Virus record (IMG/VR): IMGVR_UViG_3300025659_000020
Span: 1 to 27,357 of that record
DNA: 27,357 nucleotides
Strand: one strand, 5' to 3'
Origin: a virus
Taxonomy: Duplodnaviria > Caudoviricetes
Notes under the pieces: generated by a model
Database searches by the model: none
Told to the model about the DNA's origin: nothing
Seen by the model: only the letters and a program-made list of their open reading frames with translations
Position numbers and translations under genes: made by a program
Shown: positions 16,375 to 24,490 of the stretch, piece by piece
Layout of the letters: the number at the start of each line of letters is the position of its first letter
How positions within the stretch are numbered: the first letter of the stretch is position 1

Positions 16375-18318
16375 TTAACTTAATTCGTCTGTCATTACTA
16401 AATCTTTTGCCATTATTTCGGCTAATTCACCATTTCGTACTACCTTTATGTATTCAGTTAAATTGTATTGTTTTGTTGTTCCATCCTCTAACTGAACTTG
16501 GATTCGTTCTGGTGAACTCAATTCGTTATTATACTTGGTATTACCCATATCTGCGGTTGATTTGATAATCAACTGACCCGATGAGGTTGTTGCACCTGCA
16601 TTATCCACATCATAAAATCTCCAACCATACAACCCAAGTACACCATATAAACTATTTAATAGTATCTTTTGTACATGTTGACGTTTATTGTAATAATTAT
16701 ATTTTTCGGTATCATTTGCTATACCGTATTTTTTCATTAAACCTTTATATTCAACTCGTTTATCAAACCAAATGTTCAATATACCTGGAATACAACCTAC
16801 AATATCAGTACGATATACTACACCATTTGCTGAAATGGTCATTTCATTATCTGTAATGTATTTCTTGAAATCCGATTTTGGAATAACATGGTCACCAACA
16901 TGGATTTTGTAATCATCATCACTCAGATATTTCGTATAATCCCAATTATCAATTTTCAACACTTTGGTTTCAGGACTGATATTTAATGTGATAATTATCA
17001 TTGGATACAATGAAGTTAAATCCAAGTCATATATCCATTCATATCTACCTGTAATTGGGTCTTTTACATATGCACCCATTAAATCAATAACAACACCCCA
17101 CTCTTTATCCAATGTTTCTGGAAGTGGTTTTGCCGTTTCAAAATATCCCTGTTCACGGTTAATACCTATATATGGTATTAGTATTTTACTTGATTTTGAT
17201 TTATTTATCTTTAGTGTACCAGTATTTGGTATTTCAGCCAATGAACCCCTTACGTATATACGTGTTTCACCCGATATACCCTTTTTGATTATTAACTTAG
17301 TTTTTGGTTTTTTATTCGGAGCTACTATACCACGTTGTTTTAGATACGTTAATAATGCACCCTCTAAATATTTAGATGAATATACTATATCCTCATATGG
17401 TACGTGGCCTGCGTGACAAATACCACGTGCTAATTCAATGAACTGTAATTTCTTCTCAAACTTAACAATTAATTTGGTATCTACTAAACTATATTCGATA
17501 AACTTATCAAGATTAGTTCTAAATAATTCATCCAAGTTACCTTGATATTCAATTTTACCCTCACCAAGTTCTAATCTAGCAACTGTATCTAATCTATAAT
17601 TCGGTAATTCACCAAAAGTAAATTTCTTGTACATTACCATGTAGTCTAAACAACTTACACCAGCAATGAACCACCTATCTCGGTAATCTGAATAAAACAT
17701 CTTACCAATTGGTGATAATCTATTAGCATAGGTGTCACCAAGTACACGTTTTAACCGATTATATATGTATGGTATATCAAAGTAATCAATATTCCAACCT
17801 GTGATTATATCTGGGTGTATCTCCTCATAAATTTCTAAGAATTTCATGAGTAATTCATGTTCGGTTTGAAATGGTAATACAATGGCTTCCGATGTTGTTC
17901 GTTCTTGCATTGTACCATCCTTATTGAGTACCAATACCCAATATTGATCAGTTGCACTGTCATGTAAACTTATAGCAGTAATTTCGTTTTCAGCTGTTTT
18001 AATATTAGGTGCACCGGTTTCGGTTTCAACCTCAATATCAAATGGCATTACTACAATACCCGTAGATACCTCATCACTATCGGTATACATATCTACCAAT
18101 ACACGAGTCGTTTCAGGTACATCAGATTCAAATAAACCTTCTTGTCCTTTTTTGAATTTATATATCTTACTTAATTTATCACCATATAAGGATGTGTATT
18201 GACCGTTTTCAGCAGGTTCATACGCATACTTAGTGTATGGCGTTGTCAAATAACCCCGTTCGTCATCCCAGATGTGAACACGGTTACGTTCTCTTTGATA
18301 ATAGATGTTTTTATAAAT
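16375..18318 (-). CDS. family B DNA polymerase N-terminal part (exonuclease, motifs A and B); probable ATT start
   Basis: FDIEVE, GWNIDYFDIPY, YSLVD, DLDLTSLYP, KILLNSLYG; the frame is open upstream of the TTG at 18249 through IYKNIYYQRERNRVHIWDD. Confidence 0.92.
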   Translation of the reverse strand: MYKNIYYQRERNRVHIWDDERGYLTTPYTKYAYEPAENGQYTSLYGDKLSKIYKFKKGQEGLFESDVPETTRVLVDMYTDSDEVSTGIVVMPFDIEVETETGAPNIKTAENEITAISLHDSATDQYWVLVLNKDGTMQERTTSEAIVLPFQTEHELLMKFLEIYEEIHPDIITGWNIDYFDIPYIYNRLKRVLGDTYANRLSPIGKMFYSDYRDRWFIAGVSCLDYMVMYKKFTFGELPNYRLDTVARLELGEGKIEYQGNLDELFRTNLDKFIEYSLVDTKLIVKFEKKLQFIELARGICHAGHVPYEDIVYSSKYLEGALLTYLKQRGIVAPNKKPKTKLIIKKGISGETRIYVRGSLAEIPNTGTLKINKSKSSKILIPYIGINREQGYFETAKPLPETLDKEWGVVIDLMGAYVKDPITGRYEWIYDLDLTSLYPMIIITLNISPETKVLKIDNWDYTKYLSDDDYKIHVGDHVIPKSDFKKYITDNEMTISANGVVYRTDIVGCIPGILNIWFDKRVEYKGLMKKYGIANDTEKYNYYNKRQHVQKILLNSLYGVLGLYGWRFYDVDNAGATTSSGQLIIKSTADMGNTKYNNELSSPERIQVQLEDGTTKQYNLTEYIKVVRNGELAEIMAKDLVMTDELS

Positions 18319-18329
18319 AGCAGTAGTTT

Positions 18330-18560
18330 TTAAGTAGTTATCAATGTTACCTCATCTTCGGATACAAATTCTCTCCAATCGTTACCAAAGAATGCTAACC
18401 ATTCTTTTTCATCCACGCGTAATACTAGTGGAAGACCAATATCATCCTCAAGAATATCATCAATTACATATATAGCATCGGGTGGTAATCCTAATTTATC
18501 TGATGCCTTTTCTGTTAATTTAACAACTGAATTTAGTTTCATAATTTTTATTTTACCCAT
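18330..18560 (-). CDS. hypothetical protein
   Basis: 76 aa, in the operon. Confidence 0.7.
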   Translation of the reverse strand: MGKIKIMKLNSVVKLTEKASDKLGLPPDAIYVIDDILEDDIGLPLVLRVDEKEWLAFFGNDWREFVSEDEVTLITT

Positions 18561-18706
18561 TCGTTAAATGCCATTTCGTATGCTTCTACCACGTTTGTAG
18601 CAGAACCATCTTCGATGAATTTTTTAGCCCACTCTTCAACTTCTATTTGTAAGTTATAGGCACTTGCCTCGACTAGAATTTCTAGTATTTGTTGTTTTTC
18701 TTCCAT
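18548..18706 (-). CDS. 52-aa acidic protein (MEEKQQILEILVEASAYNLQ...AFNEWVK), not in the ORF track
   Basis: Hand-translated; fills the gap and overlaps the next start. Confidence 0.7.
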   Translation of the reverse strand: MEEKQQILEILVEASAYNLQIEVEEWAKKFIEDGSATNVVEAYEMAFNEWVK

Positions 18707-18709
18707 TGT

Positions 18710-19195
18710 TTAATTAGTATAATTCAAAAATTTATTAATATATGAATTTAATGGTGCTGTATTTGTTACTTTTTTATTTGTGCGAGAATAATTATAAGTT
18801 TTGCGTTGTTTGAACTCACCACCATTCATTAAATATGTGAAATCATTCCAACTAAGAATATGAATATTACATTCAAACGTAGTTTCTAATAATTCAAGAT
18901 GTTCACCAACATTACGTTCTATTGGTGAATATGGATGTAATATAAAAATATCACCCCCATGTAACTTATACTTTCTAATATATTTGAAACATTTCGTTGG
19001 TAGTTTATCACCAATTGAACCACTGACCCCCTGAGCAATACAATCCATATGAAGATATCCTTCAATTATAAAGTCTATACCATTATGTGAATTATATTTA
19101 TATGGTATATGCATTGACGATAAATAATGAACAACATCAGTTTCCAATTGTTTACCTCTCTTATGTACTTTGTCTGTAAATTTTACTATTTCCAT
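18710..19195 (-). CDS. PD-(D/E)XK restriction-endonuclease-like protein
   Basis: G..LE..V..L, IDFII, DCIAQ..SGS..DKLP pattern. Confidence 0.55.
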   Translation of the reverse strand: MEIVKFTDKVHKRGKQLETDVVHYLSSMHIPYKYNSHNGIDFIIEGYLHMDCIAQGVSGSIGDKLPTKCFKYIRKYKLHGGDIFILHPYSPIERNVGEHLELLETTFECNIHILSWNDFTYLMNGGEFKQRKTYNYSRTNKKVTNTAPLNSYINKFLNYTN

Positions 19196-19216
19196 TGTTT
19201 TATGTTTTATGTTGTG

Positions 19217-19248
19217 TAAAGATACGAAATATATTTTACATATCCTAA
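19217..19248 (-). promoter_or_regulatory. Bacteroidetes-type promoter copy
   Basis: Minus strand TTAGGATATGTAAAATATATTTCGTATCTTTA. Confidence 0.75.
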
Positions 19249-19259
19249 TATTATGTTAA

Positions 19260-19964
19260 TTATTCTTTTATTATTATAAACTTACAATTTAGTAAATCTG
19301 TTATTTCTTGCTGTCTTCGTAAATCTCGTTCCTCTTGTCTACCGTGGTGTTTTTCGTAATATTCAATTACTGTGTTTTTCTCTTTACTGTAACCATCTAC
19401 CCAATATCCAAGTTCTTTGATGTAAAATTCACCACCGTTTTCTGCGTGTTGTAAATCAGTTATTCCAAGTTCTGTTGCTTTTTGTTCTATAATTGGTATT
19501 GAGTTTGAATTATATAATGGATGTATCTGTCCATGTAATTTAGAACGTTGTTCAATCATAGCAATTCGTAATTTCTTCCTTACGGCCGGTCTTTTACTTG
19601 GATTGTTATCACCTTTTAATTTTCCATTTAGTTTCATAGTTTTTCTAAACTTCTCAATGGCCTCCTGACTACGCACTTGTACACCTTTTTTACCTTTATT
19701 CCATGGCACATAATCTTTTTTAGCATCTCTCATTTTCTGTCTAGTATCTTCCGATGGTGTCCATCCAGTTGTATATGTGTTTCCTATCTTTGATAATGAT
19801 ATCTTTCGTTTTGCTTCATCTGTATGTGTTCTTCCTGTATTAGTACATGACTGACAGTTTGTCTCAATTTGATTTGCTCGTTTCCAATTTTTTTTACGGG
19901 TGTAGTTAATCGTTTTTCCGCAACTTGGACAATTTCTCTTCCATTTCTTTGATTCGTTTTTCAT
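19260..19964 (-). CDS. putative homing endonuclease: zinc ribbon, NUMOD3/PWNKG repeats and Vsr/DUF559-like nuclease
   Basis: CPSCG...CQSC, HTDEAKRKIS, PWNKGKK; C-terminus paralogous to 9184..9900. Confidence 0.8.
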   Translation of the reverse strand: MKNESKKWKRNCPSCGKTINYTRKKNWKRANQIETNCQSCTNTGRTHTDEAKRKISLSKIGNTYTTGWTPSEDTRQKMRDAKKDYVPWNKGKKGVQVRSQEAIEKFRKTMKLNGKLKGDNNPSKRPAVRKKLRIAMIEQRSKLHGQIHPLYNSNSIPIIEQKATELGITDLQHAENGGEFYIKELGYWVDGYSKEKNTVIEYYEKHHGRQEERDLRRQQEITDLLNCKFIIIKE

Positions 19965-20085
19965 AATATATCTCCATCAGATGGGTATTATGTTTCTCTT
20001 TATTTTTTTCATACCAACGTTTCCAATCAGCATTATTTGCTGCTTTCTTTTCTTCTTCGGTATGATATTTCTTCTTTCTTCCCAT
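19906..20085 (-). CDS. 59-aa MGRKKKY leader protein
   Basis: MGRKKKYHTEEEKKAANNADWKRWYEKNKEKHNTHLMEIYYEKRIKEMEEKLSKLRKND; hand-translated. Confidence 0.8.
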   Translation of the reverse strand: MGRKKKYHTEEEKKAANNADWKRWYEKNKEKHNTHLMEIYYEKRIKEMEEKLSKLRKND

Positions 20086-20130
20086 CTATATATAAATATA
20101 AAACTTTTATAAAAAACCTTTGTTTAACTG

Positions 20131-21363
20131 TTATTTAGAAAAAATCCAAATAGGTTCGGAAAACAGCTTGTCTTTTGACTCTTCCGATTCCTTTATTCGT
20201 TCCTCACTATATTGTTCAGTATCAGATGCGGTGCCGGCTCCACCGGAATTTGGTCTACGTGCCATGGCCATCCCGATACAACCCTCATATGTTAATCCCT
20301 TTGATTTAAGGAAATCATTCATTGGATTACAAATTTCTAACCAACCTCTATCAGTTGACCATTTTGAATTTGTATAAACATCAGCTATATTAATTGCAAT
20401 AATACCACCTTTTTTAACAGTTGGTATAATCTTTTCAAGTGTTTTATGTAAAAACTCAGCGTTCCAATCATCTATATTCTTGTATCGTACCCAACTTTGT
20501 GTATCATCATACGAATACCGTTCTACTGAAAAGTATGGTGGTGATGTAAATACAACGTCAAAATATTCATTCCATTTACTGAAATCGAAATCCTCTGCAG
20601 GTGATATATGAAATTCTGCTGTTTTATCGTTCTCAAAGAATCCTAAATGTTTCTCATAGAACTCACTTTGTTTGTGATATATCGGGTGATTTTCTTTACG
20701 AGGATCCAAACCAACATAATGTTCGGTTGTACTAGCCGCATAAAAACCAGCTAATCTGTCGCCCCAACCCATCGAAAAGTCCAATACGGTTTTGGCACCC
20801 AGCATTTCATAAAATATCTTGGCCACGTTAGGCTTAAATTGTGCACATATATACTTGCGTAATCCAATCATGGTACGTAATTCACTCTTACCTAATTGTG
20901 GTAATTTAAGTGAATAAGCCGCTCCCATTAATGAGGTCATAAACTTGTGGCTTTCCCATGTTCTTTGGGGGCCTGGTGAAACTGAACCATCAACCGACCA
21001 GCGATTAATTTGTTGGAAATAATTAGATGATGCATTTCCAGTATTTAGTCTACTGAAATACATTGGTTCACCTTTGTATGTATATGGATACCGAGATTCG
21101 GCTGCCTTACGTGGAAACCATTCTCCTTCTTTTAATATTGCATTCCAACGCACCTTTTTGAGCCTCATAAAATCTTTGTAAGCATCCTGTTCGGTGATAT
21201 CCGCATATGGTATGGGATATTCCATCAAGATTTCAGCTAGTATTTCCCTAACCTCTTGTTTCGGATAGGTTTCTTTTATATGAGTCCATTGTTCTTCGTT
21301 TATGAAGAAGTAAGGCTGCATATTCTTAAACTGTTCGAAATATTCTGTTATAGGTAGTATCAT
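20131..21363 (-). CDS. amino-DNA methyltransferase-like protein, paralog family of 10086..11720
   Basis: QFKP..AK, VLDFSMGWGDRLAG, YVGLDP, FTSPPYF, NIAD, EPIWIF. Confidence 0.88.
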   Translation of the reverse strand: MILPITEYFEQFKNMQPYFFINEEQWTHIKETYPKQEVREILAEILMEYPIPYADITEQDAYKDFMRLKKVRWNAILKEGEWFPRKAAESRYPYTYKGEPMYFSRLNTGNASSNYFQQINRWSVDGSVSPGPQRTWESHKFMTSLMGAAYSLKLPQLGKSELRTMIGLRKYICAQFKPNVAKIFYEMLGAKTVLDFSMGWGDRLAGFYAASTTEHYVGLDPRKENHPIYHKQSEFYEKHLGFFENDKTAEFHISPAEDFDFSKWNEYFDVVFTSPPYFSVERYSYDDTQSWVRYKNIDDWNAEFLHKTLEKIIPTVKKGGIIAINIADVYTNSKWSTDRGWLEICNPMNDFLKSKGLTYEGCIGMAMARRPNSGGAGTASDTEQYSEERIKESEESKDKLFSEPIWIFSK

Positions 21364-21885
21364 TTAATATTTAAAAAATTGTTCTGTTTTTATCGTTTGT
21401 AATGGATATCTATATACAACACCTGGAATAATCCCATCCGCTTTAGATGTCCAATGAGTTTCTTCAACAAATTTAAATCCATATCGTTCGTAGAATATTC
21501 TTGCTCTACTATTGAATGAACGTACTGTTAATAGAATATTCGGAGCACCTTTTGATTTACAATACGTTACAAATTCATCTAATACTTTTTTCGTTGCACC
21601 AACTATTTTTCTATCTGATGCTATTTGATGTATTATAAATGCCTTTGGTTTTGCTTTAGTACGTGAATTTCGTGTCACGGGTGTACTATCTGAATATTGG
21701 TGAAATGTGATAACAACACCATCTTGTAATATAAGATTACCGTTCTTTATACGTTTAATCAATCTGAATCCCTGTTTGTACATATGTGGAAATATCTCTG
21801 GATATAGATTAATAATTGCCATTGAATCCTCAACGACTTTATCCATTTCTTCTCCCTCTTCTTTTATGTGTATGATATTCAACAT
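21364..21885 (-). CDS. GNAT-family acetyltransferase
   Basis: IHQIAS...G, LTVR..N.RA..FYE.YGF. Confidence 0.85.
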   Translation of the reverse strand: MLNIIHIKEEGEEMDKVVEDSMAIINLYPEIFPHMYKQGFRLIKRIKNGNLILQDGVVITFHQYSDSTPVTRNSRTKAKPKAFIIHQIASDRKIVGATKKVLDEFVTYCKSKGAPNILLTVRSFNSRARIFYERYGFKFVEETHWTSKADGIIPGVVYRYPLQTIKTEQFFKY

Positions 21886-23321
21886 TACCCAAAGAATTTA
21901 TTTAGTACCAATGTATTCTTATACTGAAATTTATCAGCTAATCTTTGTTTTAACGTATCCTTTTGTTTTTCTATAATACCAGATATACCAGCTCCTTGAG
22001 CAAACCATATCTTTTTTCTATATAATAGTTCATCACTTATCTCACCTTTGAATGCATCCCTTAATAGTGGTTTCATTCTACTATTTTCAGTTTGGTACAA
22101 AGGTGGTATGTTTAATGAGTATTCCACAAATGGTCGCCAACTATATGGTGTACGTATTTCAACCGTACCACCGTGCATTATACTTGTATTTTGAGATACG
22201 AAATTTCCTTTGTGTACATCACGTATTAATTTCCTACGAGCCTTATCATAATCCTCTTCAGTATATGCCCACCTTGTAATATGTCCATAACTACCCCAAA
22301 TTTCATCTGATAAATCACCACTAAATACTACCTTAAATCCTTGTTCATCAATAGCTTCACCGAGTTTTCTAGTAGCTAATGCACTACCAACGTTTTGCCA
22401 TTTGGCCATTTCGGTAACATACAATGTACTATCTATCATACTTTCAATTTCTTCACTTGATAAGTAAACCTCATGTAGTTTAATACCGAATTCCTTAGCG
22501 GCTATTCTTGCAAACTCTATATCAGTACCACCATCCGTTGTAACCACAAATGCTTCAATCTGTGGGTATATCTTTGAAAGTAGGTATGTGATTATCACAC
22601 TGTCTATGCCACCACTTAAAAGTGTACAAATAGGTACGTCAGATATCATCTTAACTCGTACCGCCTCTTCTAAAGATTCTCTAATTTTCTTTACTATGGA
22701 TTCCCTATCATCGTTTATGATATCAGTTGACAACTCATAATATGTATGTTGTTTGTGTATCTTAGTTTTGTAATTGTATTCGATATATGTTCCAGGTGGC
22801 ACCGTTTTAACTTGTTTTTCATACAACTCGTTAATTGGCAAACCTTTCTTTTCAGAACAAAATACCAAATTAGAATCACTATTAAGTGCATACCAAAACG
22901 GTACTTCACCAATGTAATCCCTAACTAAGAAACATGAATCAATTCGTGTATCTATAATTGCAAATGAAAACATACCGTCTAACTCACGAAATACATCTAC
23001 ACCAAATTGTAAATATCCATTCAGTATAATTTCGGTATCTGAAGTCGTTCTGAATGGTATTGTAATCTTATCTTTTAATTCCTTAGTAAATTCACTTCCC
23101 CACAACTCACCATTATATGTTATACAAACCGTATGGTCTATATCCCAAAATGGTTGGTGTGCATCAGTTGATAAATCTTGTATTGATAATCGGTTGTGTC
23201 CGAAATAGAATTCATTCACATTATCGTAAGCAGAGTTATCCCTACCACGATGTATTATTTTACGTAAACCATCTTGAATTGTATCTACGTTGTATCCATT
23301 ACCACCAATTATACCACACAT
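21885..23321 (-). CDS. asnB: asparagine synthetase-like glutamine amidotransferase
   Basis: N-terminal MCGI, HRG.D, HNRLSIQD, YNGE, SDTE, LSGGIDS PP-loop, SGD.SDE. Confidence 0.9.
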   Translation of the reverse strand: MCGIIGGNGYNVDTIQDGLRKIIHRGRDNSAYDNVNEFYFGHNRLSIQDLSTDAHQPFWDIDHTVCITYNGELWGSEFTKELKDKITIPFRTTSDTEIILNGYLQFGVDVFRELDGMFSFAIIDTRIDSCFLVRDYIGEVPFWYALNSDSNLVFCSEKKGLPINELYEKQVKTVPPGTYIEYNYKTKIHKQHTYYELSTDIINDDRESIVKKIRESLEEAVRVKMISDVPICTLLSGGIDSVIITYLLSKIYPQIEAFVVTTDGGTDIEFARIAAKEFGIKLHEVYLSSEEIESMIDSTLYVTEMAKWQNVGSALATRKLGEAIDEQGFKVVFSGDLSDEIWGSYGHITRWAYTEEDYDKARRKLIRDVHKGNFVSQNTSIMHGGTVEIRTPYSWRPFVEYSLNIPPLYQTENSRMKPLLRDAFKGEISDELLYRKKIWFAQGAGISGIIEKQKDTLKQRLADKFQYKNTLVLNKFFG

Positions 23322-23322
23322 A

Positions 23323-23973
23323 TTATTTTGGTCTTACGGTATCACGTTCGATACATGTACTCATGTGGTCAGCCCAATGAACAATATAAGGAATATTTGT
23401 TCGTCTATGTTGTGTTACATTGTAAGATTTCAAATACCGTGAATTTTCGTCCTCATACATACCATCAGCCAATTTGATACCGAAAAATTCAGTTTCGGAA
23501 TAACTAATACCATACCTATTCAATAATAGAAAAGTACGATCAATTACGGTTATATATGATAACGCTGGATTTGGTACATATAGTTTGCCTTGATTCTTTA
23601 TATGCCATTCCGATTCATTTGGTAAAAAGTGTATCTTACCAACATCACCAAGTTTACCCAAATCATGGTGTATTGCTGAGAATAATAATTCTTCTTGTGT
23701 GAAATTGATTAAACCACCACTGTCTTGGTACATTTTCATCATTTTCATACCGTTCTTAGCAACGTTCATAATGTGGTCAAGATAACCACCATCATAGGCA
23801 TTATGATAATCAATGTTACCACTTGCGGGTGATATCAAAACATTTACACCTAGTTCCTTTTCAGAATACATGTGTAATAGTTTGTCTAATCTGTCTCCAG
23901 AGAATGCTTTTTTAAGGAATTCTATGAAATCTGCATAATTTTCCTGTAATTGTTGTTCTGTGTATTTTACCAT
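23323..23973 (-). CDS. HD-domain phosphohydrolase
   Basis: H.AY.GG..DH...V, HHDLGK, H.AD. Confidence 0.85.
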   Translation of the reverse strand: MVKYTEQQLQENYADFIEFLKKAFSGDRLDKLLHMYSEKELGVNVLISPASGNIDYHNAYDGGYLDHIMNVAKNGMKMMKMYQDSGGLINFTQEELLFSAIHHDLGKLGDVGKIHFLPNESEWHIKNQGKLYVPNPALSYITVIDRTFLLLNRYGISYSETEFFGIKLADGMYEDENSRYLKSYNVTQHRRTNIPYIVHWADHMSTCIERDTVRPK

Positions 23974-23989
23974 TATATTGTTTTATTTG

Positions 23990-24021
23990 TAAAGATACGA
24001 AATTTATCTGTAATAACCTAA
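23990..24021 (-). promoter_or_regulatory. Bacteroidetes-type promoter copy
   Basis: Minus strand TTAGGTTATTACAGATAAATTTCGTATCTTTA. Confidence 0.7.
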
Positions 24022-24025
24022 TTAT

Positions 24026-24490
24026 TTATATAAATTTATTTAACGTATTTTCCGTTTCTGTCGTTTCTGGTAGTGAACCATCAAATCGGTAATGATATGT
24101 AAGTGCATCTGCACAAACTATGGTTTTATCCAAAATATCTAATATTTCTTGTGTTGGGTGTGGTCCCTGTAATCGTTCTTTACATAATTTTACGTTATCT
24201 TCCATAAGTTCTACACCGTATGTGGTTGAAAGTGCTTGTTCTAATGAACATTTACTACGTTCCATTTTTCGTATTACCACCTCTGATAAGAATTGTCCAT
24301 CACCACAACTTGGGTCTAAGAATGTTTTTGTTTCATCTGTGAATACCTCTATTGGTAATTTATCTAACATTGTTTGTACCAATGGTGTTGGTGTGAAAAC
24401 TTCTGCGGTTTCTTTTACTCTAAGTTTATCACGTTCGATACCGCTCATGTAATCGAAATTTCTGGAATGGTTTATGTAATCACATAACAT
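24026..24490 (-). CDS. N6-adenine methyltransferase SAM-binding half (start revised to 24490)
   Basis: EVFTP (motif X), FLDPSCGDGQF (motif I), YGVEL, CADAL; no NPPY; TAATG coupling. Confidence 0.85.
   Translation of the reverse strand: MLCDYINHSRNFDYMSGIERDKLRVKETAEVFTPTPLVQTMLDKLPIEVFTDETKTFLDPSCGDGQFLSEVVIRKMERSKCSLEQALSTTYGVELMEDNVKLCKERLQGPHPTQEILDILDKTIVCADALTYHYRFDGSLPETTETENTLNKFI

Larger units (their letters stand above)
19260..20122 (-). mobile_element. leader-endonuclease cassette (Vsr-like cargo)
   Basis: Upstream tataaaacttttataaaaaacctttg resembles tataaaagttttacaaaaatcgtttg at about 2391-2416; leader and overlapping endonuclease present. Confidence 0.7.

Noticed and set aside
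22715-22912. 65-aa minus-strand ORF inside asnB
   Set aside because: Out-of-frame nested ORF with no support
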